DNA of 58,592 nucleotides, counting the filler, from Platydemus manokwari (Eukaryota): assembly GCA_037951405.1 (NCBI GenBank). It is 4 parts of 4 records of this genome, joined end to end, with 100 filler letters (N's around TTAATTAATTAA, not from the genome) between each part and the next. Parts side by side here need not be neighbours in the genome. Positions count along the whole stretch, not along the records: positions 34,643 to 58,592 come from JBBMOY010555550.1; 3 more parts are not named here. One strand, written 5' to 3'. The notes under the pieces were generated by a model, which was not told the origin of the DNA, made no database searches, and worked only from the letters and a program-made list of their open reading frames with translations. Numbering within the stretch: the stretch's first letter is position 1; every line of letters begins with the position of its first letter. The position numbers and the translations under genes are program-made. Below, one piece after another: positions 49,501 to 58,592 of this stretch.

Positions 49501-52500
49501 ATCGTAATAAGCACTTTCGATTTATTTTTAAAATATAATTTAAAAAGAAAATACAAAAAACAAGAAATCGAAAAGTGAAATGAGAATATTGCAATCGAAA
49601 CGAGTATAATACGATTGGAGATAAAAAAAATAAATATAGATAATAATTCTACAACATAAAAATACCCATATATCACTCCATCAATCGAACATTGCCTGAA
49701 TTCCATAATATTCCTTGTTAATGTTCCAGTTTTATCAGAGAATATGTATTTTATCTACGATAACAAATCATTAAATATACATTATCGATATAATTAATTT
49801 TATTTCTATTTATAATGAAAAATAATTATCACGTATAAATATATGATAATAAATATGATTCGTAGGATATTATTCGATATGTAACAAAAAAATTGAATTT
49901 CAAATTGATATTGTTGAAGAAAACTGATCAACAAAGACTAAATGAGATCAAAAAAACTTTTCAAACGTTAATTCGTTTTCAGTAAATTAATTTCCACTTT
50001 ATTATGAACAACATCATTATCTGGAAAATTTCGTTTTCAAAACCAATTTATCCATGCGATGAAAAGTGATTTGTAAATAAATTCTCTGCTCCAATGATTT
50101 TTGTTTAATTCGATAAGAGGCAAACGTTTATATTTTTTGACGAGAATAATTTTCGAGCAATATTTTTTCATCAATTTGAAACAGGAAAATTGAAATTTGC
50201 ATTAGATTTGTAAATTAATCAAATTTAATGAAAATATTTCGAATAAATCTCATATATATAAATATAAATTAGAATCAACTAAAGATCCTATATTTTATGT
50301 TTAAGACAAAGCACATTTCAACGATTAATTATTCATTTAATTGTCTTCAGCAACCATTTATTCTACAGATAAAAATATATCATAAAAATATTTTAAAATT
50401 AACGATCATAAATAATATTGCGTATTCAAAGAGAATTTCCAAGCTAATAATTGAAAAATAAGCGTTATTTTTTATATTTATTAATAGATATCTCCTTATT
50501 ATACATCGGATTTCATTGTCTATGTGTTTTATGTGGGAATTTTACAAATATATTACATTATTTTTACAAATACATTCCGATTTTCAAATTAGTATTCCCT
50601 ATATAAAACAATAAAATAAATTATAAGGGGTCATCACTTGTTTTGGTCAATGTTTATACATAGACAGTGTCAACACCTTAAAACATATAATCATAATTTT
50701 AGACATGAAAACTCATTATATTGAAATCGTACTTCGGGGCGCTAGTAATTATATTTAGCTTTGCAAGGAAATCGTTCAAAATACCTTTCTAAAGTACATT
50801 TTAAATACAGATAAATTTATTGATAAAGGCAAATGAAAATATCGGTTTGATCACGAATAAAATTCACATGTATGTTTTATAATATTTTACATTAGATGAA
50901 TCTTGAAAATATTGATAAAATCGGAATAAAATGCTATTTTGAAATAATCAAAGGAACACATTAAAAATCGTGTATAAATAGTAAAGCCATTTTTACAAAC
51001 ATCTTTACAGAACTGCATTTATTTCAATTGATATCAAGTGCCACAATTAATAATAAATATTATCTATTAACAAAAAGCACATTATTTCGATAACATTTGG
51101 TGTGCACTGAACCAATTAAAATAATTATCAAAAAATTTTCCAAAAACATCGAAATTCTATTCAAATCACATTAATGCTTGTAACCGGAAGAAGCCTATTA
51201 ATCAATATTTGCAAAAATATTGAAATATCAAATTTCAACTTAAACCATTGTTATTGTTTGTTACGTCACTCGCTCCTTTGCTTATTCTTTAATTACTTAT
51301 ACTTGAAAATATTTCAAATTTGCTTCTGTTGGGAACAAATAATATTTTATTAATCATATGACTAATTGATTCAAGACACCTTACAATAAGCACATTATTT
51401 TGAGATTATAATTTGTCGTTTTACATAATATATTATCTGCATAAAATTAAAATAAACAAAAAATATTTTATCTAATAAGATTTGATTAAAAAAATTAAAT
51501 TATTATGCAATTCCTAAGATCAAATAGATAATAAAAATTGTTATAAACATTGTATTGAGGATAAATCCGAAACAAAATAACACTTCATTAAAAATTTTGA
51601 TCGATTTTAAAAATGAAATCTTCTTTATATGCTGAATAAAGTCTATTCTCATTTTAATGAGCTAAATGAACAAAAATGCCGGTGTGCATAAAAATTGAGA
51701 TATATTATTAGCAAATAAACCAACCAATTAAAATTGTTTGTTAAAAAACACATTTAAAATGCTTACCTGGCCTAATTCTTCATTGAGATTTGATGTTCGA
51801 GCATTGGCAGGTGTATTTGTGATTGGATCATACATTTCAATGTCCTAAATATATAACGATATTAAAATCATATTCGCTTAAAGTAGAATCCATTGCAAGG
51901 CGTCGCAGAGAATAAAAGCGATATAAATGAATAGACGAGAATGCATAAAACATCACCGAGATCTTACCACATTAATAAAATGAGCTTGTGTGAAACGGAC
52001 CAATTCCATAGTAACTTGCATACTTATGGGGATAATAGAATGAAACATAATAAAAGCTGTTAGGAGCATCAGACCGAAATTGTTTGCTGGTAATTCTACA
52101 GTAAATATCAATGAAAATGTCTACACGTTTTGCAATTGACTGGGATTCTATATTTTCTTTTTAGATCTCGAGCAAAGTGAAAAGAGATTGGAGTAAGAAA
52201 AAATTTTCGTTAAATATATAATTAATTAAACCAAATTCTACAAATTCCTCATTATATCATAGAAAAAATCAAAGAGAAAATCATCGATAATAAAAATTTA
52301 TAAAAAGAAATATGAAAAAAAAACTCACTATCATAAGCAAGATACCAAGCACTGGCTTCATTACTGTTTTCCCAAACAACACCAGCAATAGCCGTTGCAA
52401 GGGTTAAAAGTAAAATCATGATACCCAGGCCCAAAATCTGAAAATAAATAATAATATTAATCTCTGAAAGTTTCGATTATTTTGTTTACGTATTTATTAG

Positions 52501-55173
52501 TTTTTTGATCAAGAGATGATCGTTTGAGTGGTGGTGTGGTACTGTTGAGCATAATTTTCGTTTCATGACCAGTATATACAACAACCCCTATAAATAATAT
52601 GAATAACATATGGATTGTATTGATAGATCGATGAGAAATATACCAAATAGCCATTTCGTATTTTTCAAAATCGCTCCACGCAAAAGCAATTGATCACTAT
52701 TAAGAGAATATGTCCTAGGAAAATCATGAGATTCATTACAACACCAATAATGATCAATGAGAATATGATTCCCAATCATTACCCTTTTTCACCAAGTGAT
52801 AAATTTCCATAAAATTCATAAAGATGTCGACTTGGTGGTTCACAAACAATCTGGCCTTTCAATTTTTCGAGATCAGCAATCGTCAATATGTTGCTGGTAC
52901 ATGATAATCCCTGAGTTTTAGAAATATTAATGCATTTCTTTTCATAAAAAATCAATTAATAAATATTTTTAATAAATATCATTTTTACAAATTTCACTGT
53001 TATTATGATAAACCTTAGATGTCAGCATATTTTTGTTCATAATATCATATTAGGCCAATGAAAAATTTAGTCTTTTGCTTAATGCTTTTAACATAAAAAT
53101 ACAGTTGATGTCAAATCATTAAAGCGACGATTTTAAATCAATAAGTACGGCTGATATGTGAATGGCTCGTGAAAATCTTGAAATTTATGATAAATAATTA
53201 CAAAATTATAATGGATACGAAATATAATTTTTATCTGCATGATAATCATTATATATTTGGAAAAAATATGGTTTCTAATTACATCTTTTATATAAAGATG
53301 ATAGGTTAATTATAAGAATAGAAAACAAAATGGTTTTGTTTCAAATAATCGATCGTCAGCTAAAACAATACGCCCACGCACGGTTGAAATTTTCATTTCA
53401 ACAAATACATTGATAAAATAATGTCTATTAAACCTATTGTAGTACAAAATTAACCCTTTACAAACGCCTAATTCCTCGAGGAACCTCACGAGACTCATCT
53501 TATTCTTAAAATTACATGTGAATAATATTTTGAAAAATATTGAACAAGTAACAACGGATATCAACGCGGAAAGAACTCCTGCAAAACTCGCCATGATGAT
53601 GCATATAATGAGCGATATTTGATAAATAACATTAATGATAATGCCCTTCCTAACAATGGTTTCATGATCATTTTATATGGATTTCAGACAAGAAATCGAA
53701 AATGATTTTTGTGAAAGAAAAGCGTAAAAGATGCTACCATGCAGAAAAAACTGTTGAAAATGCGATTCATATTGGTTCCTATGTCTAACTGGACAAGAAT
53801 GGAATACAAGTGGCTCGTTTAGTCCCTCGATTGCGAAGGATCTTGTTTAGAAATCACTCGATTAATTATTTTAAAAAGAACCTAGCATTGATTAATTGAT
53901 CAAATTATCAATCCGACTCATCATTGCTGGTTATATTTTCGAAATTTTCCAATTGGATATCAAAAATCCGGATAATCGAGATTATAAGAACATAAAAAAA
54001 GTTAAATTTTTCGAACAGATTTTAATGCAAATTTCGAGTATTAAGTATTTTAATAGAATAATTATTTCCATAAATCGAAAAAATGTCATCTACTTGTCGC
54101 ATTTTTAAATTTGTTTCTCCATCGAGATTTGATGTCTCGATGTAACTCATACCGTGCGGTTCACTCGATGAAATGAGTAACATATCGGCCGGTATGCTTT
54201 GATCTCTTAACAATTTTACATAGTCACCAACTTCAAGATCTTTCCAGCAAATTTCAATCCATTCGTGATTTCTCAATACTAAAAATAATCCATAAACCAT
54301 CAATATTGACGTTTTCCATGAAAATCAATGATGCATGAAAATCGTTCCGCATGAATAAACAGACGGTAAAAATGATCAATTAATGAAAAATCATGAAAAT
54401 GAAGAAACAAAAATCCATTTTAAACATTATTAAATAATGTGAAATTGAATTTTTATGGGTGATCGATTACAAAAATCTTACTAAGAATTTTGCTATTGTT
54501 TGTCGAATCGTCTGCTTTGTGTCGTTTCTGGAAATAAGAATGTGGTGAATTCTGTGAAAAATCATGACAATGAATACTCACATAATCTTCAACTATTTCC
54601 TTTATGGCTGATATTGTAAAAATAATAAATAATGGAACAGCTGTTGTAAAGCGTCCTGTTGGAGAAACTCTTGGAAATTGCTTAATGACATCGATTTATT
54701 AATGATTAAAGAGTCCAATTGCTAGTATATTTTTAAAATATATTTTCTTAAATAATCTTTCAAATTCGATCTTTAAATTATAAAATATAATTCATAAAAT
54801 TAAATTAAGATACTTAGAAAAAAAACTTTCCTTAATTACCAATTTATTTACTATTGATATCATTTAGAAAATGAAAATTTGCATATTTTTTATAAAAAAT
54901 AAAAATTTTATTGAATTGACTCACTTGCAAAATTGCAATAAATAAGAATAAAACATTTGAATATTTTCTAAATTGTTCAAATAAAAATTTTGGAACAAAC
55001 GTCAAAATACTGTATTTGGCCATGCTAGAAAACATTTCAATTGAGAAATTGTAACAATTTTAATGAAACCTGATTTTATTTGTAGAAAAACTTTCTATTT
55101 GGCCATTATTTAATCTCACAAAACGTTGTGCGGGTGATGTTTCGCTCGAATCTTCAACATTATTGAGAATCAT
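43586..55173 (-). CDS. atp8a: P4-ATPase phospholipid flippase, ATP8A subfamily (about 25 exons)
   Basis: Exons encode [29 protein letters not shown]|[61 protein letters not shown] (DKTGT 49722-49736), [57 protein letters not shown] and a C-terminal GYAFSQEE (GYAFS 43667-43681). The start at 55173 is provisional because a 3' splice site lies just upstream. Confidence 0.95.
46160..46581. mobile_element. hAT/Charlie-like MITE in atp8a intron
   Basis: Right end CACTTTGGGAATCACTG (46565-46581) is identical to 56481-56497 and is followed by CTCTAATA (Charlie-like target). Degenerate left end TAGTGCCCCCAAACT at ~46160. Confidence 0.55.
53450..53850 (+). mobile_element. Possible pogo/Tigger transposase N-terminal relic in atp8a intron
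   Basis: Broken frames [26 protein letters not shown] and a W-L motif resemble CENP-B-type HTH domains. Confidence 0.3.
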
Positions 55174-56143
55174 TGTTTGGTATAGTTGACAAAATAATCT
55201 GTAATCTTAAACTAGTAAATCAAAAAGTCAACATATAAATTTTCGGGATAATTTTAAACAACACCAAAATAACCAAATATTTTAAAAATTACTTATAAAT
55301 GTAATTTGAAAATTTTTAATTTATTTTTATTTAATTTATACAGCTTCATGTATAAAAAGAAACCTTTCACAAATTTTAGCTAAAGTTTTATTGAAAATTA
55401 AAGATTAATTTAAGTTTTTATAATTAAATTAGATTATAATTGATCTTTATATATTATTATATTAAATTTATTTTCTAAATCTAGTTTCTCTAATTTATTA
55501 ATTTTCTTTAATTCAATTAAAAATTTACTAATCCGTATGAATATTTAATATTTAAAAAATTTATACTTCCTGAATATCTTAGAAATGTTGAATATTTTGA
55601 AAATATTATCGGTAACATAGCTGAAATTTGAAATGCGAACTTATTGATTTTTCATTTTGATACTGGTACTTTTATACCGATACGTAAACATTATGATACT
55701 TTGAATTTATTAGTTTCTTTACACTGGAAAAAGTAATTCAATTTTTTTAGTTAAAGTATTCCTAAAATTATTTTTATCCAAAGAAATGGTGATCATTTCA
55801 CACATATCTAATTTTTATATTTCTAATTCTTTGAAACATGAATTAAAAATGAAAAATTAATTTATTTATTGTTATTATATCATGAAATAAAACGAATGTT
55901 TATATTTTCCTGTATTAAGCATCAGATTTTTTATAAAGTTTCTTCGAAAACTAATGACACACAAACCAAATGAAACTAATTTTAATTGTTTAGCAAAAGA
56001 TTTGAAATTTTAAAAAATTTAATGCAAAGGAAAATTAAGTTTTTTTCAATGAGAATTCTCGAATTTTTGTTGCACTGAATTTTCCCACATATTAGAAAAA
56101 AGATATTATTCATTCAAAAGAATTTTGATTTCATTGGCCAGAG

Positions 56144-56497
56144 CAGAGGTTCTCAAACTCTTTTATCTAGTAGATCCCTTGCCATGTTTCTCGGTTTTGG
56201 GTAGACCCCTTGCTATACACTATAAAAATTTCAATTTCAATAGTAGTGAAGTTCCTATAATGTGTAAAACAAAACATTTTTATATAATTTTTTTTGTGCC
56301 TAATTACCAGTTTATATTTATATTATTATTTATATTAATATTACCAGCTTATAATTTTTTATAATCTTTTTAAATATTAAAGTTGTATCAATTATACTGT
56401 TTTTTGCAATTTTTGAAAATTTCTTCCCACTGATTCCCCACATTTTTAACCCACGTAGACCCCTTGGGGGTCAAATGGACCACTTTGGGAATCACTG
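56144..56497. mobile_element. hAT/Charlie-like MITE upstream of atp8a
   Basis: Termini CAGAGGTTCTCAAAC and, reverse-complemented, CAGTGATTCCCAAAG; subterminal GTAGACCCC repeats near both ends. Confidence 0.75.
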
Positions 56498-58452
56498 GGT
56501 AATCACAACATTCACAAATTAATGTTCATTTTTAAAGGATACGAAATCGTAATATTGGTTAATAATTAAAGATGTAGTATCGGTTTAAGTGTTGGGTTTA
56601 TGTTGTTTGAATGTCATTATTGAACTCAACAGCGTGAGTTCTTGTAATTCATAACGTTTACTGTTTAGTCATTCAAGAGAAACATAAATTATTTTTTACA
56701 ATTTTATTGAATAAAAATGAATTACAATTGATAATCACATGAAATTATACTCACGCGAAAATCTATAAAAACAATAGTTACAGTGATATTGTTGATGCCG
56801 CAAGAACTTAATCGAATCTTTATTGATTTTAATGTGCAGAACTTAAATAAATTATTGCATTTCCAAAAGGAGCAAATATTTTGGCATATATATTATATAA
56901 ATAAATAAATTATATTAAACTTAAAAATGACTTTGTTAGCAATTTATCGTTAAATTTAAAATATTCTAAAAATAATTTTCACAGTATTAATCGCTGTCAA
57001 ATTGTTAAAAAATTCAAACTCAACTGGCACAGAGTTTATACATTTTTATGTTCTGGCTTATTTTGATTTTCGTCAACTTTATATACTAGTCGACTCTGAG
57101 TACTTTGTACCATCTAATCTATATTTAACACTAGAGTTATTGACTTTAAATGTTGTCGAAACTTAAATTGATCTTTACAAAAACTATTAATCACAAATTA
57201 TTATTAATACTTCTTAGATATATAATAATTATTATTACTCCTATTAACTATTAAAATTACTCTATGAATAAAAACAAAACAAACTTTCAAATTTAAACAA
57301 AAGATGAATTAACTGACAAATTATAAAATTATATAAAAAACAGCGATGCAACAATTCATGCAATTTTTAGAATTTTTGGCAACAGATGATTTTAACCTTA
57401 TCGATTCAAGAGAAAATTATAGTTTGTAGAGCGCCTTCGTTTTATTGGAGCAAAATCGTTACAAATTTGAGATATGACTCTGTAAATAGGAATATTATAG
57501 GTTTTAGAATTTAATTTCAGTTTTTAATAAAAGCGTTCACACTCGGTTTTTCAGTTAAAAATAACTGAGCATGAACTTCATCTTCCTTCAATTGGAATTT
57601 TGAAATCCTTAATTACGTATTATCGTGCCTTAAAATTTCCCATAATATGCTGATTTATATATGTTGAGGGTAGCAGCCAACCAAAAAATAATCAACACAA
57701 ACACAAACAGTATCTTTCCATTTTTCTCAGCTCAAATTCATTTAGATTCCAATGCAAACTCTTTAAAACAATGCGGAAATCATTCGCAATACAATTACAT
57801 CTGATGATTCCACACAATCGATTCAACTGGTCTATAAAACTGATAACTAAAACTTTTAAATTGAAACTTTGAAACTATTGAATTGAATTGATTTGAATTT
57901 TTGTTTTTACATTTATATTGTCTCAGTGTGAAGTGCTTAATATCAATAGGATTAGTTTATTATTACCTTGTTTTTGATTTTAATAATTTTCCTTTTATCT
58001 TCATTCTTTTTAATTGTAAAGCGCTAAAAGAGATAAACGAGGGCAACAAATTCTAAATAAATTATTAAAATAACAAGCAATAATTAAGGTTATAATGAAT
58101 AAATCACGATAATGATAATAAATATGGAATTATCAAACAATAATGATGTTGGGGTTTTCAATTAAAGAACAATTATAAAACAGTAACAAAATCTTGATAA
58201 AAACTGTATATGTATAGAAGTATTAATAATTTTATTAAGTGTATAAAAGTATAAAGTTTTTACAATTAGTTTTATGAAAAGGAAATTGTAACATTCATAA
58301 GCGCTTGATGCTGATGAATTATTTATTTGAAAGTTGTTATCCGCATTGTAGCGATGTATTTTGGTTTTATTATTTTGACAATTTGCATTGTAGCGAAATA
58401 TCTAATTTTATTGTAACGATTTGACGATACAATTCAGGAGTTTAATAAATAT

Positions 58453-58592
58453 TGTTGGGGTTGATAAGTTTTATTATCGAACTCTGATTTTTCCCAACTT
58501 ATGAGCTTATATTTTTGCTTTTAAACACCTGACTCCAAAGGTGCTGTGTAACTATGCTTCGAAAACAACAAGTTATTATTTAAAGTTTATTA
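58453..58592. repeat. Second copy of the LTR-like repeat, cut by window end
   Basis: Begins TGTTGGGG and shares CCCAACTTATG and the 26-mer with 26679-26830. Confidence 0.7.

Overview
Very AT-rich, intron-rich eukaryotic DNA. The best taxonomic clue is a planarin-type prohormone gene, which points to a freshwater planarian (triclad; species not determinable). The window is four contigs joined by artificial 100-bp N/TTAATTAATTAA spacers. Genes supported from the sequence: (1) the 3' half of an SBF/MTMR5-13 myotubularin pseudophosphatase with C1 and PH domains (minus, 780-11188); (2) NDUFAF3 (minus, 31792-33095); (3) a 58-aa two-exon secreted peptide prohormone missed by the ORF track (minus, 37990-38428); (4) an intronless cytosolic-type HSP70 that lacks the EEVD tail and has an altered substrate-binding arch (plus, 41391-43223); (5) an ATP8A-type P4-ATPase flippase (minus, 43586-55173). 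The stretch from about 12.5 to 31 kb is mostly decayed mobile DNA: a Polinton-type PolB fragment, Ty3/Gypsy, mariner, MITEs and LTR-like repeats. Most short ORFs in the track are exon read-throughs or noise. All exon boundaries were read by eye and need RNA-seq confirmation.
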